NCBI GenBank assembly: GCA_010093815.1 | Contig: ML996577.1 | Source of the DNA: Pseudovirgaria hyperparasitica | Lineage: Eukaryota | DNA length: 64,000 nt | Direction: 5' to 3' (one strand) | In this document: positions 12,587 to 24,898 of the stretch, one piece after another | Numbering within the stretch: the first letter of the stretch is position 1 | How the letters are laid out: each line of letters begins with the position of its first letter | Notes under the pieces: generated by a model | Database searches by the model: none | The model's input: only the letters and a program-made list of their open reading frames with translations | Told to the model about the DNA's origin: nothing | Translations under genes and position numbers: made by a program

Positions 12587-14567
12587 ATGCATATGTTTGA
12601 TCTTTTGGCCTGCGTTTGCTTTGCTCTTGTGCCAGTTGCGGCACTTTCCAGCGACGCCGACATATTGGCTACGGCCAACACAAAACTCAGCACAATCGTT
12701 TCTCGTAGCGACCAGAAATACAGCTGTAAATGCTACCCTGGCGACCACTGCTGGCCAGCAGCAGATAAATGGAACGCTCTCAACACAACAGTTAATGGTG
12801 CTCTGCGTAGTGTAGTTCCAGCGGCGGCTGTGTGCCATGAGTCGTTTCAAGGGAGTCCAACATACAACGCCGAAGCATGCGCAGAAGTCAACAAAAATAT
12901 CCACAGTGAATCCTGGTGGTAAGTCCTTCCCAGATACCTGCAATTCCGAGCTCAGCTAGACAATCCACAGGACCGACCAGCCCATCGAGACAATGTGGAC
13001 ATACTGGAGTAACAACACCTGCACCCCCGACTCCCCCAAAGAGAGACCTTGCACTCTCGGCTTCTCGCCCTCGTACGTCATCATGGCCACCGAGATCGCG
13101 CACATCAAGGCCGGTATAGACTTTGCGCGCCAGCAGAACGTACGTCTCATCATCCGCAACACCGGTCATGACTTCATGGGCCGCTCGAACGGATACGGTG
13201 CGCTGGCCATCAACACGCATAAGTTCAAGGATATCTCCTTCACCGGGAGCTACGCTGGCCCGGGAGACTGGAAAGGCGGCGCTGTGACTGTCGGCGCAGG
13301 CGTCCAGCTTCGGGAGCTGTACACGGCGGCTCACTCGCGGAGTCCGTCGGTGTTGGTCATGGGCGGCGAGTGTCCTACTGTCGGAATCGCGGGCGGATAC
13401 ATCCAAGGCGGCGGCCATGGCATCATGGGGACGTGGTTTGGGATGGCAGCCGACAACGCTTTGGCCTTCACAGCCATCACTGCCGAGGGCGAGTACGTGA
13501 CAGCCAACGCAAACGAGAACGCGGATTTGTTCTGGGCGTTGAAAGGAGGTGGACCGGCGAGTTACGCCGTGATCACATCGCTGACGCTGAAGACGTTCCC
13601 GGAGATGCGTGCTGCAGGTACAATTCTGAACATCAATGCCACTCACACGAATGACTCTGCGGTGATATGGAAGGGCGTCGAGATTTTCCACAGCTTCGCC
13701 AACCTCTATGTCGACAATGGGTTCTTTGTCTATTATGAGTATGTTTCGGCCCACACTTTTTCCCCACACTTTCCCCAGTCCCGCAGCGGAGAATAAAACT
13801 GACATCCCATCCAGACTCCTCGGAGGCAGCCTACACGTGCAACCCTTCGTGGCACCAAACATGGATGCCGCCGGCATCAAAGCCGTCCTTGCACCCCTCT
13901 TCGCCGCCCTGGACGCCGCATCCATACCCTACAGCACGGTAACAAAGGACTTCTCCTCCGTCTACGACCTCTACATCGACCTCTTCGAAGACGAACCCCC
14001 CTACCAAAACACCTACATCGGCGGCCGCATCTTTACACGCGACGACATCTCGTCGCGCAACCCCGAAATTATCAACTCGTACAAGGTCGCCGCCGCCCCT
14101 GCGCCGGGCTACGTCGGCGGCATCGTCGGCCACATTGTCGGCCCCGGCCACAACGTCTCGCAGGCCGACAACGCTATCCATCCGGCATGGCGCAGCGCCA
14201 GCAGTTTCTCTATCGCGCTGCTGGTCGTGGACCGCGACGTCTCGTTGGCACAGCGGCAGGCGGCGCAGGATGTGTTGACGCACAAGACGGGTGATGCGAT
14301 GAGGGCGGCAAGCCCGGATGGCGGCGCGTATGTGAATGAGGTAATTTCATATGCTGCCTGATCGTGACGGACAGTGGCTGACTCTTGACGTAGGGCGATT
14401 TGAATGAGCCGGACTGGCAGCGTGCGTACTGGGGCGATAAGTATCCGCGGTTGCTGGAGCTGAGGCGCAAGTGGGATCCGAAGGGCGTGTTTTACGCCAG
14501 AACCACGCCCGGGACGGAGGAGTGGGAGGTGCTGGAGGAGGGGACTAGGCTGTGTAAGAGGAATTAG
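12587..14567 (+). CDS. Secreted FAD-linked oxidoreductase (berberine bridge enzyme-like); introns 12919-12970, 13739-13814, 14341-14393
   Basis: Signal peptide; CKCYPGDHCWP; RNTGHDFMGRS (flavinylation His); GECPTVG; LFWALKGGG; BBE C-terminus GAYVNE..YWGDKYPRLLELRRKWDP. Confidence 0.92.
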
Positions 14568-17500
14568 GAAGGAGTATGGATGTATCGATGGTGTACAGCG
14601 ACTGTAAGGTATATGGCGGATTGTCCTGGGTGGTGAGCTGTATCATGGTGACGGGCTGTATCATGGGTAAAGACGTAGGTGTTGGGTGAGGGGGCGTAAG
14701 ATGGATTGGGACTTGAATGATGGTGGACGGCGTCCTGTGCAATGACAGGCGGGTTGTATAGAGTATAGGTTTCGTTACGCTCTCGTTAGTATCAGTCATA
14801 CAAATGAATATAGTGTATTGTAGTATCATGAAGGCTGAGAGCACTGTACCAGATACCCCAAACATCACATGCGTCTTCCCTTCTAGACGACGACGCTCTG
14901 GACACAGTTGGGAGGAAGGATACCTCAACCAGTCCAAACGGTCAGACCACATTGCAGTGCGGGTATCTTTGCCAACTGCTATGGATATGGATTACTATCA
15001 CTGAGCATAATATCATCAATGCGCAGTATCGCACGCAATGCATGAGAGCATCACTATAACCAATACTGTGGCCATTTGCGTTCCAGCGCTTCCAACCTCT
15101 AGCCTCGTATAATAGGATATCCTTGTCGGAAAAACAGCAGTAAACTTCCACATTATATGCTGAGATACTCACATGTCAAACGTTCCCCTTCTTCCAGTCC
15201 ATAATCTCCGCATGTTTCTGAGGGTGTGCCCTCGAATAGTAGTCAGACCACAGTATGTTCCAGCACATAGCTGGAGTCTACATGTGCATACCACACACAT
15301 GGCGGTTTCAAGAGTGCACAGCGCATACGACATGTGATAGATATAAGCAGTACTGAGATGATTGGACATACTCTGTGGGAGAGTGGGCGCTATGGTTTGT
15401 TTGATGTTCAGGTTCGATTTTTGAAGCTTTGAGATTTGTCAGGAGACGTGGTGTTCAAGGTTTTAGGATCTGGTACTTTTATGTACCACGTCGCTGGTAA
15501 CGGCAATGTCCGGCGCACGTGGGTTTGCGATGGATGGATCGATAGAAGTGTGCGGAGTCCGAGCTTGGCTTGTGTTTGACGGGGAATCAACGATCCGAGG
15601 GCGTGTTTTAGGCAGCATAGAGTTTGACGTTGACGTTTGACATTGAAATGAACATGTGAAAGAGTTTAACGCCCGACGATAGTATCGAAATTTGACATCC
15701 ATCATCTATTATCGCTATCAATAACGATATCGATACGAAGAGCGCGAGAGTACGGTGAGAAATGATAAACACTACCGTTTCAAACCCCAACGCGCCGTCT
15801 ATGCACCCATGCAGATCTCGAAACAGCCGTGACGGACAGCACATGCCGTGTAATTACCCACCCATCCACAGCCACAGATTTGTAGATCCGTCTACACAGG
15901 CGCTTCTGTCCATACTGGGTTTGAGTGCTCGTTCCGGGGTATGTGGACCCTTTCTTTCGAGTCATGATAGAACGAGAAGTGAAGCTATGACTCGTGGTGG
16001 ATAGATGCTGAGATGAGAAACTGGTGTGCATGTGCTCGTTGCATGTCACTATACCTCGTAACGTGATAATGGCTAGTTCATGCGATGCGCAGCCATTACT
16101 CGCGCTCTTCACGACCTCCTAAACGGCCTCCGCAACGAACTCTAGGCAATACCTACTGCACATGTCGGATAAGAGGATCCAGGCGAGTATGAACGATGCA
16201 TTAACGGACGCAAGATGTAATATGCGAGCCAGCATGCGTCCGCTGCAGAGCCATGATGGTGCGTTCGTGCAGGTTTTATTATCTTGTGTTGTCTTGTCTT
16301 ATCCAGTATCAAATGATATAATCATGCTGCGCGAGTCAGAGTAACGATAAGGCACACACCTTGGGAATAGTGTCGGAGAGATTTACCCTGAGAGGGTGAT
16401 GGCATGGGAGGGGCGTGTTATGCTTGTTATAGCGTCGTGGTGTAGAGAAATGAAATGGCGAATGGTGATAGAGGGCATGCTGTGCAATACACTGTTCTGA
16501 TATATACTAGGCCGGAGTAAAAGTGGCTAGCTGAGGTTACTAGATCGCTAAAGCCGGTAACGCCTCCTCCGCACTGTAGATCCACAAGTTCACAAGAGTC
16601 TCAGATTGGCGGCTTCAGCTTCTCCGCAGCACGCAAGATTAAATAGTTGGCACATATCACATGTTTGCATCCAATAGAGCCTAGCAGAAGCCATAGATCG
16701 CCCTATTGAGGCAACGATTGCACTAAGCAAACAAGCACAACCAGGCTGGGATATTCTCCACCATCCCCAAGCCATCACAAAGCAGTAGTGTCTATCAAAG
16801 TACTAGTAGTCTGGGCGGCAGAGTTACTGGCCTATTACAAGCTCTCTGTCCTGTGATATCACCTTTCATCAAATTAATGCACCTCCTGTTCACTCCCAGA
16901 AACTGAATTACTACAACAGCGACAACAATAGACGTTGCATCCGGCAGTTGTTCCAGTGACACGTTCCACCGGCCCGCGTTCGGCAGGTGGCCGCGTGTGT
17001 GCGACAGTACTTTATGTACCAATACCGGTATTAATACCTGATATACGGCAGCCCTGTAGTAGCGCAAGTGCCAAGCACCCAGCCTTTTTGACACGCGCGC
17101 GCGGGGTATTATTGTTAGTAGTAGGTCCGAATGCGATCGTATGCTCGCATCCATGTCATTCAGTCAATCAGCCTAGCCCCTGAGATTTTTTATATCCGAC
17201 AGCCGGAGAAGACTGCTGAGCAGGGATATGCACACATCACCGATCGAGAAATGCTTGCGATGATGCATGGAAGGAGGACCACATTTCTTTGGCGATCCGG
17301 AAGCCCTTCCGACTGTGACGACTGGACTGACGACAATGAGAATGAGGATGAGACACCACGATTTGACGTGATGATCAATGTTTTTGGTTCAATAAGGATG
17401 TAGAAGTGGTTATTGTCAAGCTTTTGAATATGGACATGAAAGTCGTCATGCTGAAACGCCGCGGTACAGCTGATGACGGCAAAGACAAAGTGAGAGCGCC

Positions 17501-17679
17501 TGGAAAACGCTCGATCAGACCACCTCCTTCACCACCATCCACTGGGCCCTAAGCCAACCCAACAAGTTGCAACGCCATTCGCCATCGAATTCCTAGGTAG
17601 TTGCTCTATGGCCTCGCTCAATCATGAAGCAGCAGTAGCATCGTCATCATCATCAACACCCAACCCCTGATCCGCCTCC

Positions 17680-18606
17680 TCATGGAGACTCATACAGCGG
17701 CCCCCGACTGTCCGCCCGACTCAACTCATTGCTATCCGATACCACAAGCTTGCTCTCCGCGGCCCTCCTCACGCGACCGGGCACATACCACATCGCCCAC
17801 ACGCCCATGACCAGCACCATCTGATACCCATCAAACGCATAGCTCGTCCACTCATTCAAGCTCAGGAACCCGTCGGGCCCCATGCCATAGCGCGTCAGCA
17901 CCATCAAGTTGCGCCCGCAAATGATCATGATCCCCAGGCCGAACAAGCTGTTCCAGCGCTTCCAGCGTGGGAACACCTGCGCCGCGGCTGCGGTGCCGTG
18001 ACGTGAGAGCCGGAACTGCACGACGAGGCCGTCTGCGAACACGAAGAGCCAGAAGAACATCTGCATGATCAGCGATGCGATGATGACCTGCGTGGCGGCG
18101 CGGATGCTGCGGATCGCGTTGTCGGTTTCGCTGAAGGCCAGTCCAAAGGCTTGGACCAGGAGGCAGAGCACGGTGAAGGAGAGGTAGATGAAGCGTTGGA
18201 AGCGTAGCGGGACGAGCGTGAAGCGGCCGGCGTCGAGCGAGGCGATGTAGGCGGTCTGCGTGAGGACGATGGTGACCATGAGCAGGGACGGTCCGAGGAG
18301 CAGGAGGATGCTCATGCCGTTGTACAGTGCGGACGAGGCGGGGGATTGAGTGAGTGCCGTGCGGAGAGCGTAGCCGGTTGTTTGTGCTGTGAGATGTTAG
18401 TCTAGAGACTTGATATTGTACAATGGCAATGAGAGAAGGAAACACGCACCTATGCCGCCAAGCACAAAAGGAATGTTATCCCATGTTGATGTCTTCAGCG
18501 TGCGGAAGATATGTAGAGTAGTCATGACAGTGTACAGACTCAAGGCCACCGCCGCCAGCGGCAGGCTCGGAGAGTATGACAGAAAGTCGTGATGCTCAGA
18601 CGACAT
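17680..18606 (-). CDS. RTA1-like multi-pass membrane protein; intron 18387-18449
   Basis: Y.PS..AA N-terminus, GY..R motif, LLGPSL, and NEW..YAFD C-terminal motif of the RTA1 family. Confidence 0.75.
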
Positions 18607-20274
18607 GATGGCGACAGGGGATGGATGATGAATTGTGAGGACGAGCGTGCCAGATGTTGAATGGCCATGGCTAGCGGTCGGCCATGAATGTTATCTTTAT
18701 ATCGACGACCTCGGGGGCGTTTCAAAGCACTAGAATATCGGATGGGCATTACGCGTACTTGCATGCCGTCACGTAGGCGGTGCTTGGGCATGGGTGTGTA
18801 AGTACAACAAAACACACAGTCCACAGTAATTAGTCCTGAACGTCTGCCCATGATTCACCCGCCAAGTGTTTAGTCCACGCAACCTCGCTCCAGCATCGGG
18901 CTAGTAACTATAAAACGCTCTTAGCAGGAAACACAGATTATACCACTCGAGCAAGTGCACCGCTGGATCGCCATGCCATGCAGGCCAATTCTCTCTCCGT
19001 TTGGTTGTGTCTAATCAATTGCATACGAGAGCCTGTCAATCCGGCACTCGAATTAGCAGGGAACAAAAATGCCATATAGACATCTAAGGGGATCTGGGTA
19101 TGTCGCACGCAGGGCCTGTATCTACATCGGAGTTCCGTGGACTACTACTGCTATTACACACTTCGGAACACAAGTGCACGCATGCAAGCTAAGGTTCCGT
19201 TGTGAGAGACTGCCGCTTCAGGAAAGGCGCGGTCAAGACTTCGTACTCGGGTACGTTTACGAGGCTCGTTTCGAGTACGTCGCGATTCGGACTGGACAGG
19301 CAAACCATGTCCATTCTTCCATCGGACCAGTAGGATTGCTGCCTTTGTTCATTTAGCATTCCCTCCAGATAAGCTTAACGGAATGTGCCAGGGCAAAAAT
19401 ACAGGGATAGGGTGCTTGCATTCCTGTCGCACACACTCTTTTGTGTTCTTCAGCCTGGCGGCTTGGAGGCTTGTAGGCTTGGGGGCTTGGACGTTGGGAA
19501 CTTGAGTATCGTGGCGCTTTGGCTATAAGAAAACGAGAAACAGCATGCTTGCCTGTGGGGTAGGGCTGGTCAGTGGTTGGGCTCCCCTATGCCCAGACTG
19601 ACTTGATGACTGCGACATACATAGTAATCACATCTTATAAATTACCTTCCCATCAGTCATGCCACCGTCTATATCACTCTGTGTTTATAGCATCTTGACA
19701 GTCTATCTGAAGACACGATAGATTTTAGCTCTGCTTAGCGCGATCACATCAGTTCATGAACTGTAATGAAACGTGTACGTGTGTTATGAAGTAATCACAG
19801 GCATGCCATGAGTGATTAATTTCTACCAATCACTAACACCTCTAATATAAAAGTCTCTAGCATTGCTAGGCCCAATGAACATGCAGTGCTACGTACGCAG
19901 GCGCTCAGCCTTCTACGTCATGTTGCAATAATTGATCGTATGAGTAGCAATGTTGCATACTACTGATCGCTCGGAACCTTCCACAAACCCTGTCTGAGGA
20001 GATACTTACTACTGGACATCTTTGTACGTCGCTTACTGTATCCAATAAACATCTGGTCTTGCCATAAGTTTCACACCTGTCGCAGATCACCAGATGTGTT
20101 CGCATGTTGATCGTCTCGCACATGTGGGCCATGCAGTAGTAGTGTGTTTGGTATATACAAGGCGGCCTATGGCGTACAATTATTTACAACACCAGCAACA
20201 ATGCTCGAGCGCATGCAAGACATGCCTCCGACGCCATGGCTATAAAACCGAAGGCCATGTCCGCTCCGGCAAAA

Positions 20275-23200
20275 CTAGCTGTCACTGAAGAACTCGTCCC
20301 CGTTGAATCCTTCCCGTGCCGGCTTCCATTTCTCGATCAGCCGGATCGGAGTCAGCGTGATCAAGCCAGAGTATTGCTCAACTCGAGCAATCTCGCATTC
20401 CCATATATCTCCAGCTTGTGGCCTGACTTGATCAACATTGGGATAAACCGTCCGACTGATGTCGCATCGAGGGTCCATCATGCTTGCGTGAAGCTCAAAT
20501 TCTCTGACGGAGACCTGGATCTTCTGAACTGTTATCAAGTTCGTCATGACCATGCACGTTACAATACGTGGGAACTCTGGACACTCGTTGAAGTGAAGCG
20601 CGCGCCGCACTAATTCCCTTTTCCAAAATTTTCCATATCCACCATTCAGCATCGATATCTGCTTAATGCGAGCCGCGACGCGGACGAGTCCACTCTCCAA
20701 CGTTTCTTGACTGTAGGCAAGACCCGTCACTGCTGCGGGCATCTGGGCGAGACTTTTGCCAGCTCTAGCTTCTGCTCGGAGCGCGGATTCTATTTGCCAG
20801 TGCGCTATCATGTCTGCATACCGACGAAGCGGGCTTGTCACATGAGTGTATGCGTCTGCGTTTAGACCAACGTGAAAGACTGGTGTGGTCGATATGTATG
20901 TTCGCCCAATAAAGTCCGTTGACTTGACTGAAACATGTAAAGGTGGAATCCCATTCTCATCAAGCGAAGGCTCCCATACATTTTTGACAAAGCGTTGGAA
21001 CTTTTCCTGATCCGCATATGGATGTGTGCCGCGAAAATACAGCGGAACATTCCGGTCCCGTGCCCAGCGTGCTCCAATGGTACATGCGGCGACCATACTT
21101 GTCTCAACGATGGCTTTTGCAACATGGCCCTTGTCTCCGTCGCCAATAGGGGCGTATTGCGTAGACCATGGCCTTGAACGCATTTCAATTACCGGGTCCC
21201 CCTGCGAGAATATTGCTCTGTCTGGCTGTGTTGATGAGTTTGGCAATGGCTGTCCAGTGCTTGACGAAACGTTTATCGAGTACAGATCACAATTGACGAA
21301 GGTGGACCTCTGGAATTGCTTGCTTTGGTTTTGAGTGGCCTTGTCCAGGGCTTCAGCGACGTTCCACAAAGCCTGCAGATCTTTGACTTGAGAAGGACTG
21401 AACTTTGTCTGCAAAGGACGCGTTACCTTAATCTCTGGAAGTGCGCCGCCAACAGTCCATTTATTTGGAAAAATGCTTGGGTGCCCGCCCAAAGTTTCGT
21501 CAACAGCATGGCGCGTGGTCAAGATGACGTTCCGAATAATCCCAGGTTGAACCTTACTCTCCAGAATCGTTCCACTGCTATCAATTCGGCCACTAAAAGT
21601 CAAAACCGGTCGATTCGACTGGAGACTGAACCAGCCTTGTGTAACCCATTTGGGCAACAATGGCACACTGTGCGACCCAGAATATACAGTCTGTATCAAG
21701 TGGCCTGCCAGTCGCGCCAGAATATGATTTCTTGGTATGAAGGCCGTCGGGTTGGCTACATGCACATGAAGCCACCACTGTGCAGTCGCTCCTCCCTCGA
21801 TTACTTCCACCGATATGCCATCGTCAATCTCTGAAGCTGATGCGTCATCGATGCAGTAAACAGGGAGCTGTTCCCAATCCTTTCGCAGATCTGCCATCGT
21901 ATCGACCAGGTCCTTCTCGTGCATCTCTGGATGAGAAGCACTGGCAGACGCACTATCAATCAGATTTGAATAACCATATCCGGGCAGCATAAGACTCGGT
22001 GTGAAATTGTGGTGATCCTCGTAAGTTGTTAAAACTCCAATTTCTTGGAGGAATAAGAACACCGTAGCGACCCCAATATTATGGCCATCGTACCTCCCAA
22101 CTTCGTGCATCAGGGTCGGTAGGAGAGCTGCTATATCTTGTTTTGCGTAGGTTGATCGTTCTACAGCGTACGAACGTAGCGCTCTGATTATGAGGCGTTC
22201 ATTGCTGTCAAAAGTGGCCTTTACAACGCCTCTTTCTACCGGCAAAGGTTTGTTCGCTGTCTGTCTGAGTTTGCTCGGACCCAGCCCACCCAAAATCGGG
22301 ACGGCACCGAAGGTTATATTGGAAGGTGACCTTACTGAACGACTATGAGAGACCAACCCCTTGGCTTTGGTGACGAACCTTTCAATGATTGATACCCCTG
22401 GAGGGGCTAATTGTGACTTGTTTCCTGAAGCCTGAGAAGCACGCCACGTCTTGTAGTTGCGGATCCAGCTTATAACGGTTTCTATCTCGGTCAAATTTGC
22501 TTGCGCTTTAACATAATACTGCTGTGTCATATTGAAGGTGGAATACGAATAGTCAATGCCCGAGCCTGCTCTTTCGAGTGCTAGATGAACTGCGGAGAGT
22601 TGCTCAAAGCTGTTGTCTGCATGTTCTTCCAACAGATACTTGATAGCCTTATCAAGTGACCAGATCTTGTCTTCAGTAGGATGTGCGAGAAGTTCGTACG
22701 CAAAATCCAGTCGGCGGTGGTGTTCCCGGTAGATGTCAAGATATCTTTGTCTAAACGCCGAGAGCGCTTCAAGCATGGGAGCGCAGACTGTCAGAGAAAC
22801 ATGGGAGGTGTCTTTCTTCTGGACGTCTAGGTAATGCGTATTCGGCGCATCTACTGAAGACTGATTCATGATGGTCATACATGACTTGACTTTCATCACT
22901 TCATCCTGGCTGACGAATGCAGGGTATCGAAGTAGGATACTACCGAGGTAGCAATCTATGATCGCCCCCTTCGAATTCAGAAATTTGCCATGGCCTGTAT
23001 CTCCTGGGGACACGTATATGGCCGCAACAAGATCATTGGCGGGGGATCGAATCTTGTTACTGAGAAGTTATCAGCAACTATACATGATATGAATGGCATG
23101 CGGGGCTTACGGAAGCATGCATAGATCACCAGGCTGTACTTTTGAGGCAAGACTTAGACCAGAGCCATAGATATCTTCTACCTCGTCCGGGTCATAATTT

Positions 23201-23710
23201 ATTGCCATGTATCCGTCTCTCTCGTCTGCGGCTTCTTCTTCCATACCTAATTGGGCCGCTGCATTCGCATCGCCCAGCGCAGGAATGAGATTCTCGAGGC
23301 ATTCCTCCGCATTCGGCGTACCGTTTTGTTCTTGCCATAGCTTCAATTGATCGCGAATTCCTTGCGGGGGCGGACCTTTGGGGTTGTGCGTTGATTGGTC
23401 GTGCGTCGACTGTGCCAGCTACACATATCATTAATATTGTACCAAGGGATCAAGAATATCATGTTGAGAATACCGATGTGGATTGACTGAACGCGAGCGC
23501 AGGCTGAGATTTTGGTATGGTCGAGGAGGAGTTATATTTGCGCAAGCGTGTAGGTCTTCGCCCACGTTCTGGGGACGTCGTAATTGCCCGGCTCTGTAGC
23601 AATCGTCTCGAGCGATATGCGCTCTTTTGTAGGCCAGCTGTCGTAGAGACGACGGTTCTCGAAACGCAGGCCCAGCAGAACCTTGGGAACTCACTACTAG
23701 GGCTCAACAT
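20275..23710 (-). CDS. DSS1: Mitochondrial exoribonuclease II (RNB family; cyt-4/DSS1 homolog); introns ~23419-23473 and ~23060-23110
   Basis: LRKDW..VYCIDDASASEIDDGIS catalytic motif, HVHVANPT, YTHVTSPLRRYAD; R/S-rich N-terminal presequence-like region. Confidence 0.9.
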
Positions 23711-24068
23711 GGCAGAGGTTGTAGCTCCCTAGGTAATTATTGAAACAGGCATACCGTAGCCTGTTGAGCAATCGTAGACGAAACACGCTGAATATCAATA
23801 CGGAAGATGGAGAAGGGAAGACAAAGACGTATTATAACAAGCACGAGCGCGTCGATTTGCCTCTGCCTGGTGCAATGACTATTCATGAATTTTTGAGCAC
23901 GGACCCGCACCGTCCTCCGAAACTCCGCATTTGCCTATTTATACAGACAGCATATTAATACACTTTACACAGTACTTTGCCACGCTTCAATCGCATTCCA
24001 CAACCCTTTTTGTTTATCTCATATTTTAGGTATGGAACACCCAGATTCTCTTCCTATGATCTTCCCAC

Positions 24069-24146
24069 ATGATGCGTTTATCATAGCATGTATTACCCGA
24101 AAGCAACCTTCATGGTTGCTCTGTGTGGATACTTCTACTTTTCTGA
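24069..24146 (+). ncRNA. Candidate intronic C/D-box snoRNA (SNORD45-like 18S guide)
   Basis: Box C ATGATGC 24069-75; guide TAGCATGTATTA 24084-95 complementary to conserved 18S UAAUACAUGCUA; D' CCGA 24097-100; perfect stem AGCAACC/GGTTGCT; box D CTGA 24143-46; lies in predicted intron 24030-24216. Confidence 0.75.
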
Positions 24147-24231
24147 CTCCCTTACGCGACGAACCAGTTCCTGTTACTGCATTTACACCACCGAATTAGT
24201 GCTAACCATCACATAGGACTGCTACTGTAAA

Positions 24232-24528
24232 ATGTCTATATCGAGCTCAGACACTCCATCTACCTATTTCACCATTCTGTACTTCGCTGCTGCATCGGAC
24301 ATCACCAAGAAGCGATCGGAGACTCTCACTGCTCCAGTCCACGTGTCCCAGCTCTTCACACTGTTGGACAAGAAATATCCTGGTCTTAAAGATAAAGTGT
24401 TGTGCAGCTCTGCGATCACTGTTAATCTTGAATATGTCGACGTCGATGAATCGATGTCAGATGAAGAGGGCCTAGTTATAAAGGCGGGCGACGAGGTCGC
24501 TATAATACCACCAGTTAGCTCTGGATGA
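24232..24528 (+). CDS. MOCS2A: Molybdopterin synthase sulfur-carrier (small) subunit, MoaD/ThiS fold
   Basis: ILYFAAA N-terminal motif; GDEVAIIPPVSSG C-terminus as in fungal CnxG. Confidence 0.93.
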   Translation: MSISSSDTPSTYFTILYFAAASDITKKRSETLTAPVHVSQLFTLLDKKYPGLKDKVLCSSAITVNLEYVDVDESMSDEEGLVIKAGDEVAIIPPVSSG

Positions 24529-24898
24529 AACCTCATATCGTCTCGCAACTTGGGAAAAGTGCTCAAACAAGTGCTACTAAGGTGCGACTGCCGTCGTCAT
24601 TTCATGTCCAGACCTCCTGACTGCACTGTGCAAAGGGCTGCAAGTAAGGTGGTATATTCAATCCGTAGGTCGATATTGTGTATGTAGATTGGGCATTGTC
24701 ATCGTCTTTACGCCATTCCTCAACAAAGCAGACAACGCACTCAACCCACGCTATGAGGAGCATACACTCCTTGTTAGTCATGTCATCTCCCAAATAGGTA
24801 ACATATTTGCCGCGTCTCACCAATTGAGCGGTAGCCAAGGCACATATGACAGGCTTCCAGGGGGAGAGGCCCATGCTTTGCACTATATACATCTGCAA

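Noticed and set aside
12888..13925. 345-aa antisense ORF
   Set aside because: Shadow of the GC-rich oxidoreductase CDS
17131..17403. Small ORF with an acidic stretch
   Set aside because: Short, no recognisable domain or splice structure
24505..24528. C-terminal SG rather than GG in the sulfur carrier
   Set aside because: To my knowledge normal for fungal CnxG; the terminal Gly is intact
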